The notes beneath the pieces were generated by a model, which was not told the DNA's origin, did not search any database, and was given only the letters and a program-made list of their open reading frames with translations. A DNA stretch of 63,538 bases, counting the filler, from Reticulomyxa filosa (lineage: Eukaryota; Protista; Foraminifera): assembly GCA_000512085.1 (NCBI GenBank). It is 14 parts of 14 records of this genome, joined end to end, with 100 filler letters (N's around TTAATTAATTAA, not from the genome) between each part and the next. Parts side by side here need not be neighbours in the genome. Positions count along the whole stretch, not along the records: positions 30,374 to 37,736 come from ASPP01047039.1; positions 37,837 to 40,216 come from ASPP01041650.1; positions 40,317 to 53,019 come from ASPP01009188.1; 11 more parts are not named here. One strand, written 5' to 3'. Made by a program: the position numbers and the translations under genes. This document shows positions 37,672 to 50,373 of the stretch, one piece after another. The number at the start of each line of letters is the position of its first letter. The first letter of the stretch is position 1.

Positions 37672-37736
37672 TTTTGCAAAGAAAACTGAACTCATAAAAC
37701 GATATCATATGATGATAATTGATTTTATCCATGAAA
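37672..37736 (+). mobile_element. Second, diverged copy of the 7054-7205 MITE, cut by the contig end
   Basis: tttgcaaagaaaactgaactcataaaacgatatcatatgatgataattgattttatc matches the reverse complement of about 7144-7200. Confidence 0.75.
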
Positions 37737-37836
37737 NNNNNNNNNNNNNNNNNNNNNNNNNNNNNNNNNNNNNNNNNNNNTTAATTAATTAANNNNNNNN
37801 NNNNNNNNNNNNNNNNNNNNNNNNNNNNNNNNNNNN
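37737..37836. other. Artificial contig spacer
   Basis: N44-TTAATTAATTAA-N44. Confidence 0.98.
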
Positions 37837-37929
37837 GTTAATTCTTTTTTCTATGAAAAGATGAATTGTAGTGATAAAATGGAAAAAATTGATGTTATTG
37901 AGAAAATGAAAAAATGATTATTTTTTTAA

Positions 37930-38335
37930 TTACTCGAGCCAGTCCAATGATAAATGAATTGAAGCCAATTACGTTGCCTTTTTTGGTGCCAAATATATCC
38001 AACAATCGCCCTCCAGTAATTTCACTCAAATTGAAATAGTCCAAAACTACTTCATTTGTCGTCTGTAAACAGTTATTCAACCATGAACATACGTACATAT
38101 TGCAAACACACAACTTGTACAAAAAAAAAAGTAGTCTATTTCCATCAAAAAAAAAAATATGTATGTGTAATAGTAGTAAATGGACATATGCTGCGATAAT
38201 AGTACTCACCTCTTGATTGGATCTTGATTCATAGTTCTTTTTTGTTTGCACTCTGTTCTTCTTTTGCACTGCCCTCCGAGTTCGCTTGCCTTTGTCTGCT
38301 GGTTGTTGCATGGGCAATTTCACTCGCATCTTCAT
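37930..38335 (-). pseudogene. Gene fragment with a degenerate EF-hand
   Basis: GGRLLDIFGTKKGNVIGFNSFIIGLA resembles the EF-hand pattern RLFD.FD...NG.IDF.EFI.GL with the acidic ligands lost. Confidence 0.35.
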
Positions 38336-40216
38336 GTGCCTTGCACATTATCCACTCTCTCAAATTGGATTTCAGTTAATAACAACGATGAACAAATCTG
38401 GAGCGCTTGAAGGTTTGAAGATCAAAAAAGGTACTTTTTCCAACTTTGGTTTTGTTCAGTAAATATTTTATGTAATATTTTTTGTATTGATTGTTGAGCT
38501 AGTACTCTTAAAATTTTCTTTCAGTATATAGAAACTAGTGACCAGTTTTCAAAAATAAAATTGACATGAACAGCAGCGAGAATACAAAGATAAAGGACCT
38601 TTTTTACGTGTTGACATCACAAAAAAAAGTACGTACGTAAGGATTACCGAGATTTTTGTTTTTTACACATGAGAACCGAAGTAGCAGTAGAATACTCGTT
38701 AGACGTTCCTGTTCAGGCTACAGATGACGCACAGCTGCTTTTTCCTGCAGAGAGAGTTGTCTCTGGTGACGAGATTTCGTCGAAAATGTCAATTTCTGAA
38801 CAGACCAACCGCAAAAGAAAATCCTGCCAGAGATGTTTCGTTTATTGTTGTTTTTTTTGCAGTTAAAAGGAGTATCTAAACAACAAACTAGCCAAAAAAA
38901 AAAACTTTGGACTTTATGTTGGATACGTTTGAAAAATATAGAAAAAGTTATCAAATGCCGGAGTTGTTCAATTACAACAATCTGACCACTTAGTTAAAAA
39001 AATGTCTTTACAAAAAAAATAATGAACCACATAATGTGTTTTCCTTATATTAATTAGAGGGTATAAAAAAAACTCAACAGCGGCAGAAGTGCCGACATAT
39101 GTGAAAACGATGATGCACGCAAACGAGGAATATCCACTGGCAGACAACATTGAGGTGAAATTTGAACTAGAGAAAGAAGAATGGCACAATCGGAAGAGGA
39201 ATACATTGGAATAGAACAAGAAGAATACAGCCAGCCGAATCGTTTAATTAATTACAACAGCAATAACAATGCTGTGCAACAGATAGATGACAATTTGGCG
39301 CTAAGCATTGTTACCTCCAAATTGATGATCAGGAAGACTTGAATGGGATCATGCAAAGATTCATTTTTGCCATATATTTTCTTGAATACAAAGTCTTTAT
39401 ATTGTTATTTCCTTTTGCTGAGTTCAGTAATGATACGATTACAGACAGTATTCAACTGCAGTCGCATTTTTGACCCTTCTTATTGTCATTACCCTTTCAG
39501 TCACTGTCAGATGGTGTGTTGGTTATAAAAATTAGACTTTATTTGCATTTTCTGTAGCTTTTGGGTAATATCTGTGTTTTTTTTTGTTTTGCAAACAATC
39601 ATCGCAGTGCATCGATAAAAAAAATTCACACTGACAACGCAATTGTTCGACACATAAAAAAGTAACGCAATTAAAATTTTATTTTCTGAAATATGATCAA
39701 AAAATAATGGCAAATTTCACAAATACCAAAAAAAAAAGTAGTGCTAATCTTTTCCAAAAAAGTAAGCGAAAAATCCAAATTTTGGAAAAAATTTCGAAAG
39801 AATAAAAAACCAAACAATATTTAAAAACTACACTTGTGGAGACTTCTAAAAAAAATTGAACAATGAGACGTATTTAAAATTTATTTCTCCATTCTTGACC
39901 TGACTCGATAAAAAAGCAAAAATTGGATAAACATCAAAAGAGACCAAACAAGACGTGGTCGATATTGTCCTTGGCACTGTATACGATCGCAAGTGCAAAA
40001 CGACACTCATTGTGTTTGTCATTAGCAGTTGGATAGTCGCCTTCTTGAAAGGAATAGTCAGTTTTGTCGCCGTACTGTATCTAGTCTTTGGATGCGTATT
40101 CCAACAGCAGATAAATACCAATAGACGGGACAAAGTTGTACAAGGCTTTAAACAGCAGACTTCTTGCAGCTGCACGTGCAATTTCTACTTGATATTACAC
40201 AATTTCAATTTGTACT

Positions 40217-40316
40217 NNNNNNNNNNNNNNNNNNNNNNNNNNNNNNNNNNNNNNNNNNNNTTAATTAATTAANNNNNNNNNNNNNNNNNNNNNNNNNNNN
40301 NNNNNNNNNNNNNNNN
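40217..40316. other. Artificial contig spacer
   Basis: N44-TTAATTAATTAA-N44. Confidence 0.98.
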
Positions 40317-40345
40317 TTTTTTTTTTTTTTTTTTGTATTTAATGC

Positions 40346-42338
40346 AGAACACATGGTGAAGAGAACGAAAGAAATGAAACTCCCCACGCCCCAAGTGACA
40401 GAACGGGAACTCGAAGACGTCGCCAAGCTGAGCAGCAAACCGGCCACGTTTGCGAACCAAGGCAACGAGGCGACTCGGTTTTTGGTGAGTGACGACAACA
40501 AAATTGATCGACAAGGCACCGGCAACACGGGATTGATGTCCATGATGCGAACGCCATTGAATTCTGGCATTCGAACTCCAGGGAGTGAATTGTTCGGAGG
40601 AGGAGCAGGAGGAGCAGGAGGAGCAAACAATGCAGGGAAGGGTGATGCCAACGGCGCAGCAATCTCCTTGCGCACGCCAGGACAGCGAGGGGACCACATT
40701 ATGGAACAAGCGAGAAACGCTTTGCTAATGCAGACCGCCGACACTCCTTTGTTGGGAGGTGAAAATAAGCAATTGGACGATATGGATTGGAGTGGAATCA
40801 CACCAAAGCCTGCCAATGTAAGAACACCTAATCCTTTAGCGACACCATTGAGTTTTGTCATTTTTTTTTTTTTAAAGAATTGATATATAAATAAATAAAT
40901 TATATATATGTATATATGTATATATGTATATATGTATATAGTATATATACATATGAATAGCGGAAGGACATCATGTTGGACATAATGCGGATAAAACGCC
41001 ATTACGAGACACCCTAGGTATACATACTCCTCAGAATCAACGCCCGCAGACACTAGACGATGTTCACATGGCGGACCAAGACAACGAACAGGAACAAGGA
41101 TCACGACATGCGCGGAGAGTGGGCCAAGGCAGTGAGCGTGTCGTGGACGGGAATACTCCGGGTGCGAAAAGTGCAGTGTCAGCAGCGACGACGACGACCA
41201 TGTCGGAACGTGAGAAGCTCAAGCGACGACAAAAACTCCGCCAACGTCTGCGCGAGGAGCTGTCTTCGCTGCCCTCTCCGACCGACGCGTGCACCATTGC
41301 GTTGCCTGATACGCCTCCGCCGCCGCTGCACTTGCAGGAACTGCACCAACATGCAAGCTCGAACAGGGACGGCATGCTGGAAGATGCCAGTGATCGTGAT
41401 CGACGTGCGCATCAGGACGTGGAAAGACAGAAAGAACTCGAGTTTCAGAGACAGTCGCAAGTGATTCAAAAAAACTTGCCTCGTCCGAGTATTGTGAATG
41501 GTAACATGGAACACACGTTTATTGAGTTCCATGACAAATCGCCCAATTATGTCAACGCCGGAGAAATGATTCGCAAGGAAATGCTGATGATGATGGAATG
41601 TGACAACCAAATGTTCGACCGGGAGAACCAGGACGACAAAGGCAGACCTGCTCTCAAAGCTCGCAAAAAACACGAGTCCATTGCACGCTTGCCTCACTAT
41701 TCCGATGACCAATTACAAAAAGCCAAAGATATGCTCGAGGAACAACTCTTTAAGGAAAACGAACTGCATCAATATGACAAACATAAACACGAAAACGACG
41801 AAATCTTAGAGTCGATGATGGAACAGTCCGTCTTCATCCCAAGTCTCAAACGCTTTGGATTCGTCAGCAATAAAACCGAACTTTCCGGGGAAAAACTCCA
41901 AGTTCGACAACAAGAGTTCCATGTCTTGCGAAAACAATTGGATAAAAGTATCACTCAATGCAAACAAAATGAACAAAAGTTGGATGTTTTGTGCAAAGGA
42001 TATCAAAACATTGCCAAGTTTTGTTGTTTTTTTTTTTTAAAAAAAAAAATGTATATGTACATATATATCTTATGTGCTGTTAATACGTCGGTGTATGTCT
42101 TATCGTTTGTTCTAGAAATACTGCAAAAAACATTCGTGAGCTGCACACTAAATTACTCGAGGCGGATACACAAATCAGAATATATCAAGAACTGAAAGAA
42201 AGGGAAGCCGAAGTCATTCCGTATCGACTGAAAGAGTGGAAGTATTTACTTGAGAAAGAAAAGCAAAGAGAAAATGAACTGCAACATAAATTTGAAGATC
42301 TGCGAGCGCAATTGGATTACTTTAAAGAGACTTTTTGA
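40346..42338 (+). CDS. CDC5L: Pre-mRNA splicing factor CDC5L/Cef1 (middle and C-terminal part)
   Basis: LPTPQVTERELEDVAK, IMEQARN...TPLLGGEN, GITPK...TPNPLATP, LSSLPSP, EDASDRD, RQSQVIQKNLPRP; the last exon ends at TGA 42338. Confidence 0.92.
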
Positions 42339-42688
42339 AATTATTGTTAAATGATTTGATTTTTTTTTTCTCCTTCCTCACCCCAATAACATCTCCACAC
42401 ACACACATGTCACACGTAACCATGCTTCCTGATGTTGCTGCAACATTTCCTATTTCTAAAAACTGTTGTCAAAAAATATGCTTTCATCATCTTTGTGTCC
42501 TGCAAAATAAATGTAAATAAGAGTACGCTGTTGATTAACTTCTTGTCTCATTTCTCGTACGTTGTTCCAATTTGTGCAAGGATCGCCACTAAAACAGCTG
42601 CAGTTGCAACAAATTTGGGGTGCATATACGCTTTTTTTCTTTTGGCAATAGAAAAGCTACCAATAATTTAATCTTCTGTCAAGCGAGA

Positions 42689-45600
42689 ATGTCGGAAGGA
42701 GTACATCCATTTTACCCAAGGCGAACACTTTTTGTGTCAAATATTAGATACGGCTTCACTGCTCTTGAGCTGAAACATTTTTTGGAAAGACAAGGATATG
42801 ACGTAGATAGAGTATACATCGACAGTGTACAACAACGCCATATGGGGACAGGAAAAATAGTATTTTCATCCCCAAGTGAAGCCAAAAGAGCATCAAAGCA
42901 ACTATTCAACATAGACAGTAAGTACTTTATTTTTTCCTCTCCTCCAGGTTAAGGCTCACTTCAAAAAAAAAAAAAAAGATTGTGTCAGTAAAAGTTGTAG
43001 TGATAAATATCAGATCGACAGTTGGGGCTGCGAAGGCCTCGTCGTGGAGAGTTGAACGCAGTGCACGACGAAGAGAGTGAAAGTGACTCTGAAGATCGCG
43101 ATATCGAGGCATGTAGAGAACGGGATGTATTAATAAATTTTGCAATTCGCTCGGTCACGTACAGCGCAAACAACCAATTGATCCCGTCATTTCAAATTGT
43201 GAAGTCAGTGATTTTTGACAGGGTGATATTTAACTTTATTAAGAAAACAGTCACTTGTACTGAAACGTCATCAGAAATAGTATATTCCTTTCCTCTGCGG
43301 TTGGGTATGGAAACGGATAAAGATGGAAAGAGAATATTTATCGAATTGGATAGCCCTGGTCGTTTGTCGCTTGTTGGGACAGTATCTTCGTCGAAAGAAT
43401 GGGACACGTTTAGTGACTCTCTTTTTCCTCCCCTCTCTCTCTCTCTCTCTCTTTATTTCTCCTTTCTCTCCAGCCTTGCACTGGCTCCAACACAAATGCC
43501 CTTAATACACATTTTTCTTTGGAAGAAAGAAGAAGAGACAAGGCAATAGTAAAACAATTTAATGTATTGGGAATGGGTTTAGGGATGAAGAACCCAGGGA
43601 GGTATTATTTCGTGCACAAAGCTCGGACTTGGGAGAGTGCTGGATATTAATGATGCATATCTCTCCACGCAAACTGTCAAAGTTGGAAGAAGCCAAATGG
43701 CTGGATCGCACGAAATCGCAGCTGTCCACGGTGACAATACAAGAAAGGGATCCCAACAAAGAAATATACACTGTAAACAATATCCCAGCATGGATCAAAC
43801 AACTCAAAGATGAGAGAGTCATCTATTTATTGATTTGCTTGCACAGTCGCACTACGCCTGTTCTAACCTTCCAGGTTTTGTCTCATCTTGGTAAAAAGAA
43901 GAGGAAAGAAGGAAGGAAGAAACAGAGGGACATTACGTATACGTTATTTTATTATACCCCAAACAAACAAACAAACAAATAATAATAAAAGGCAATGGAT
44001 GAATGCGTAGAATTTAAAGAGTTTATAATAGATTACGTAAATAAAGGCAATAAGGCTGATATCACTAAATTGTGCGTGGCGTTGAGAACTTTGCACGAAA
44101 GTAAAAAATGGATGTTCAATCCCAAATCAGATTTATTACAGACATTGGAGGTGTGTATATCTTTAATGAATAATCACATATGTATATATGAATCTATTGT
44201 TATCCATGTGGTCTATTTAAAAGGCTTGTAATTGCTTCATTGATTCTTGCCCTTCGTATTGCGCCCGGATTCGACGCTGCTGGCGCACATTGTCAAAAAC
44301 AGAGTTCTTCCCGGAATACACAGAAGAGTCCAATCGTGTGATTCGCTGGTTGAAGAACAACGACCATTTTCTTCGAGTCCACTTTTGTGACGATAAGGGC
44401 TTTCCCTTGCCCAAACCAATGCTCCAAATTACTGTAAATGGTCTTGTTGGAACAGTTTTGCTTTTTTTTTTTAAACGATATGATTATACGTAGCCTATGT
44501 TTATACGTATATACAAAATCGAGTGATTGTTCGCCACAAGATATTTGATAGAGGGATTTGCGTTGGAGATCGATGTTACGTATTCTTGGCTTACAGTTCG
44601 TCCCAACTCAATGAAAATTCTGCCTGGTTCTATTACCAAGGAGATTCCAATGTTTCCGCTGATGACTTGCGCGCTCGAATGGGCGATTTGTCCCACATCA
44701 AAAGCGTGCCCAAATATGCTGCGAGAATGGGCCAAAACTTTACTACTACACAAGAATCTATCAAAACTGACGTAAAAAAAAAAAAAAAAAAGGCTCTGAC
44801 AATGCCGACAAATATTATATACGCACACCTACATGTATATATGTATGTACATATATAACAAACCAAATCAAAACACATAAACAAAACTAAAGAATTATGA
44901 AATGAAAGAAGACGTTGTAGTAAAGTATGACGATTTGACAAATCCTTTTCCGAAAGATTTCTTCGAATGTCCTGACATTGACTTCATGTACACTTTTTTT
45001 TTTTTTACTTTTGCAAAAAAAAAAAGAGTCAAATGGAATAAATAAATAGGAACATTAAAATGAAGCCAAAAACTGAAGTTTGCTTCAGTGACGGCGTTGG
45101 TGTAATGTCACCTCAATTTGCAGAAAGCGTCGCAAAAAAACTTGGGATATATGATCCTGTTTCTGCGTTTCAAGTTTAGGGAAACAAAGTTTTTTTCGCT
45201 TCTCTTTTTTTTTTTTGTAAAATAAATGAATTGTTGTTTTTGACTTTGACTTTACAAAACAAAAAAATTTGGGGGGAAATGAAAGATTCGGTTTGGAGGG
45301 TGCAAGGGGGTAGTAACAAAACACCCAGAGTGCATCAAAGACTTACAACTGACTCCATCGATGAGAAAATTTGAATATAAACATGAAAAAGAATTCATGT
45401 TTGAAGTGTGCCGAGCGTCGTCTTTTTCTCCGTGTCATTTGAATCGACAAGTCATTACGTTGTTTGAAACAGTAAATCGAGACTCGGCCAATGTGTTCCT
45501 CCAACTTCTTGAAGCTACTTTTAAAAAAATGAAGGCTATCCATACGAAACGAGTCGAAGCGATAAAATACATACGCTCAAGAGTTAGGTGCAAGAAGAAA

Positions 45601-47627
45601 TGTAAAAAAAAAAACTGAGCAAAAACATTACAATTTGGACTCCGTTTTTTTCATTTTTCCCTTCCCCCCCCTCCCCCCCCCCCGCCTCCCCTTCTTTGCT
45701 CTCATCTGGACAGTATTGCAAACAACACACATTGTCTCCGTTATTCGCATTGCAACACATAATTTACTGTGGATTCGAATTGGATATTCCTTTCGTAACA
45801 TTCAGCCTTGACGTTACTTTTTATGTGCAAGGATGTGTAAGAACAAAGCCATGAAGTGAGACAGAGAAAATATAAATCTATACGTTATATGTGCATATAT
45901 GTGTATATGTATATAACAGCTACTTATTCAATATGAAATCAAAGAAATTCGAGATAAGCAAAGATTGACAATTGAAGATGGTGCGTCATTGATAGGTGTA
46001 ATGGATGAATATGGAATCTTAAAAAATGACGAAGTATTTATCCAGGTTGAGGGCCTTCATAGCAAGGCCAAAGTAATCACTGGCGATGTCATTGTTACTA
46101 AACCTCCAGCATTAGCCCCAGGAGATCTTAGAAGATTTCATGCTGTCGATCATTCCCAGTTGCATCATTTAGTAAATGTCATTGTTTTCTCTCAAAAGGG
46201 GCCTCTCCCACCACCAATGGTTACATCAGAAACTTACAAATTTCTATATATGTTTATACATATACATATATTTTTTATAACGTATACATTTTTTTTTGTT
46301 GTTGTGACAAAACATCGAGCTACAAAATAAAAAAAGCTAATGTCTGGATCCGACTTAGATGGAGACACTTTTTGGATAACATGGAACGAAGAACTGTTAA
46401 AGGTTTTTCCAGAGATAAATCAAAAACCATTTTTGTATCCAGACCCGATGCCAAGAACAGCGGAAAGTAGAGTCGCTGTTGAAGACCTGCAAAATTTTTT
46501 TATTGATTACATTAAATATGATTGCCTAGGTTTGCCAAAAAAAAAAGATGATGTACACGTTATATATATATGTATATACACATACATATATGTGTATATA
46601 CAGAACACGTAACGTACATAATTTATATATACGTTTAACTTGTGTAAGAATTTTTTTTAGGATTGATCTGATAATTATATGTGTACATATACATATATGT
46701 ACACATATACACAAAGGGGTAGTAGCACACGCTCATCTTGTCCTAGCCGATCGCCTTCCAGAGATGGCTGAAAGCGAAGAATGTCTGCAATTGACAGCAC
46801 TGCACTCTTTGGCAGTCGATTTTCGCAAGACTGGAGTGCCAGTGATCTTAGACATATGTGAAGAAAAGCACCCAGAATTGATACCATGGACCTTCCCCGA
46901 TTTTATGCAGAATAAACAGCGCCCATATTACATGTCCGATAAAGCACTTGGAAAAATATTCCGCAAGTCCAGACAATCGAAGAATGCGAGAATTTTCCTA
47001 CAAAATTTTGTGGCAAATTTTGTAAACAAAGCGCCAGAGAAACGCAGAATTGCAGCAATACAGGCCCAACAACAGACCTTACCAAAGCACTTGCAACCAA
47101 AATTCGGGGAATTGATAAGGCTGATGCAAGAAGATCCAAAGCATTTTGATCAACTCTATCAACCTGTATTGAACATTTTCGATGGCTATCGGAAAGAGAT
47201 GTTATCCATTCAAAAGCGGTTTGAGGTGCGCACTGAACTTGAACTGTTCATGAACAGAGTATTGCATTATTTTTCCATCCCGGGCATGCGAGAGTACGAA
47301 ATTCGACAACGCATTGAAGCTCAAGTTAATGTGGTTAAAACCAAATTTCGTGGCCTATTTTTCCGGGAATTTTATCTCAAACAAAAAATAACGGAAGACT
47401 CAAAGGAAGAGGAAAACAAAGACCAGGAATTGAGTGACTTTGAAATTGTTCAACACTTTTCGCCAGGCGGTTTTGATATCACTGACAAAATGGTAACTAA
47501 AGCCCTTTTATGGTACTTGGTCTCTCTTGATCGGCTTTGCAAAGATGACAAAGTCGCCTTAGGTTTTCCATTTATTGTCTTTGATGTTTTATGTCCATTA
47601 CCAACAAAATACAAAATAAATAAATAA
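42689..47627 (+). CDS. Eukaryotic (RNAi) RNA-dependent RNA polymerase with an N-terminal RRM
   Basis: RRM-like TLFVSNI...GKIVF; FLAYSSSQL; KYAARMGQ; FSDGVG; AFQIRFGGCKGV; LNRQVI; GVMDEYGIL; KPPALAPGD; catalytic SGSDLDGD; HSLAVDFRKTG; PDFM. Many introns. Confidence 0.95.
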
Positions 47628-48183
47628 TTGAAAATTGCATTCTTTTCTAAATTTAAAAGAGACTTAGAACACAATCATTTGTTCATCGACAATTATTTTG
47701 CAATCAGTTCGGCAAAATTTCACTCATACTTTCTGGAGCCACTTCCGAAACTTTGGAGGCATTTATACTTATCATCAGTTGTGTTACTCCACAAACAATG
47801 GCCACAAGTTTTTATTGGACTTGCTGCCTCAGGAGATTTTTTTGAGTTTGCATTATTGCTAAGAGATTATTTATATAATCTCTTAATAAAAAAACAACTT
47901 CCACTTATTAAAAAAGCATATGAATTGTACTGATCATAAACAGTAACAATTGTGATAGAATTGTAAAGTAGTAATAACAATATTAGTATCTGCACTACAT
48001 TTCATTTTAAACAAAGTAGATCAATTTGTAAGCCTTTATCTTTATGAGAAAAAAACAGCTAAGTTTTGGATAAATATACAAAATTGCTCAAACTAAAAAA
48101 AAAGTCTTGTGATTAATACTTTAATGAAAAAGTATCACCGGTAATTTACTTATTTTTTTGTACTCAAATTAAATCAATTCAAC

Positions 48184-49357
48184 TTATTTCTGTTCAAGAT
48201 TAGCATGTAATTCCTGTGATGGTTTGTACCATCCCCATAATTGTGATGTTTTATCATACGAAGATGACACAATTGTATCGCCATCTGGTGAAATATCCAC
48301 CCCTGTTACACTGTCGGCATGTCCTTGTAATTTTTGTATTTCCTTGGCTGTATGTAGGTCCCACAATCGAATTGTTTTATCATGTGAACAAGACACAATA
48401 GTTTGACCATCTGGCAAATATTGCACATCACTGACCCAATCAGAATGTCCTTCCAATTTTTTAATCTGTGTGCCTGATTTCAAATCCCATATCCGAATAA
48501 TCTTATCTCCAGAGCAGGAAACGATCCTTTGGCTATCAGGAGAGAATTTTGCCCTTGTAACATAAGCAAAATGCCCTCGCAATTCATTCAATCGTTTGCC
48601 CGACTTTAGATTCCATATTCCAATAGTCCTATCACTGGAAGATGATACAATAGTTTGACCATCAGGTGAAAATTGCAATCCAGTTACCCATCCCGAATGT
48701 CCAACCATCCTTTTTATCTCTTGTCCTGACTCTACATCCCATAGTCGAATTGTTTTGTCAAAAGACGATGATATTACAATATGACCATCTGGTGAAAACT
48801 GTGCTCGTGTTACACCATCTGAATGTCCCTCCAATTTTCTTATTTCAAGTCCTGATTTCACATCCCACAATCGAATTGTTTTGTCTTCAGCACAAGACAC
48901 AACCATTAGATTGTCTGGTGAAAATTGTGTATCGGTAACCCAATTCGAATGTCCTTTCAATGTTTTAATTGGATTCCCCGATTCTCTGTCCAATATTTGG
49001 ACCAATTTGTCATGTGAAGATGAAACAATTTTAGTACCATCAGGTGAAAATCTTGCACTTGTTACAATCTTAGAATGTACTTTAAGCACTTTTTGTTGGC
49101 TATAACATTTAGCCTGGTTCAATTTTTTGTTTACGAAAAAGTGAGCCTTCAATGAGGGAACAAAAAAAAATGTAAAGACAAAGTAACTATACTCAACAGA
49201 CTTTGCGACAATTTTGTTAAAATCATCAATCCACCCTCTTTCTATCGACGAAGATCGAATCCAATTGTCCAATATTAGACTTACCTTTTTTTCGATCTGT
49301 TTTGTTTTGTTTAAATTGGAGTTGCTCTAGATTTGTAGTTTTTTTATTGTCATCCAT
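48184..49357 (-). CDS. WD40-repeat protein
   Basis: Seven highly regular GHS.WV...QFSPDG..IVS.S.DKTIRLWD repeats; N-terminal ILDNWIRSSSIERGWIDDFNKIV motif; the 5' frame shifts in an A run near 49288. Confidence 0.9.
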
Positions 49358-50373
49358 TTGATAAATGTACGACACATTTAGCTTACCGAATATTGATGTG
49401 TATTGCCCTGACATGAAAATTGCAATTTGGAATTGATTGACAAGCGCTGCTTAGTTGGTCGAGTAGATTGATCCATCTTGCTATTTTCTGAGCTTTAGTA
49501 TAGACGGGAATCAGTCTCGGCTACTTCTTGATGACGCTTCAGATGTTGTAGTTCTGATTCGCACTGCTATGATTTCAATTGGATTCAAAGTAAAAAAGAT
49601 TCACCAATTATTCTGCCTCCTTTTTAAATAGGCAGACACTTCACAAACTTAACTTTCCTTGTTTATACAAGTAAAAAATGAACATTACCAAGGATTAAGT
49701 TGGTACACAAAATTCTTTGTCATTTCTAACACAAAATTATTGTCCTTGAAACTAAAATACAATTTGCTATTTGTCTGTTATTTTGAGAAATCTAATTTTT
49801 TAAGTGAAACAAATTTTGCTATGTTGCCAATAACATAACAGCCAAAATTTTAGTTGTAGGTTTTCTGTCTTATCGTGGCCTAGTTGAAGCGTTGTTTGCA
49901 GTTGTGTCGAGATATAATGTTACGTATTTTGTTTTACACGAAAGCTCAATTTAGCAGTTTACACTACTCTTGAGAAAGAAAATGTTACCTTAACAATTGG
50001 TCACACTCAAAACGCGTCAAAGCGCACTCCGTTTCTTGGAAAAGTGCAGCCGGTGGGAAGGTCCCTTTCTCTGGATGTTTTTTAAGTTTTTCCTTGTCCT
50101 TCCTCCTTAAACTCAATTTATCCTTGAATATAATAGAATTATGATAAAGAAAGGAAAGGGACTTGTTTAATTCGAGAGATTATAATCTTTCATAAAATTG
50201 TCATATACTTTTTGAATAATTACTGGGCTTCAATTATTGTGTAAATATGAAAAAAAATATCAATTGCATGACAAATACAAACCACAACACCGATTTTAAT
50301 TTTCTGAATGATTTTTTGTCAAAAGGACTTCAATAATAGTTGTGAATCTTTTTTGTTATCATACTCAAAAAAG

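Noticed and set aside
38567-40200. Coding-like fragments (also 25618-25765, 36328-36660, 58218-58480)
   Set aside because: Interrupted by stops or frameshifts with no recognisable family; probably pseudogene debris.
42689-47627. RdRP as an endogenous RNA virus
   Set aside because: DLDGD-type cellular RDR motifs and many spliceosomal introns; no viral GDD palm motifs.
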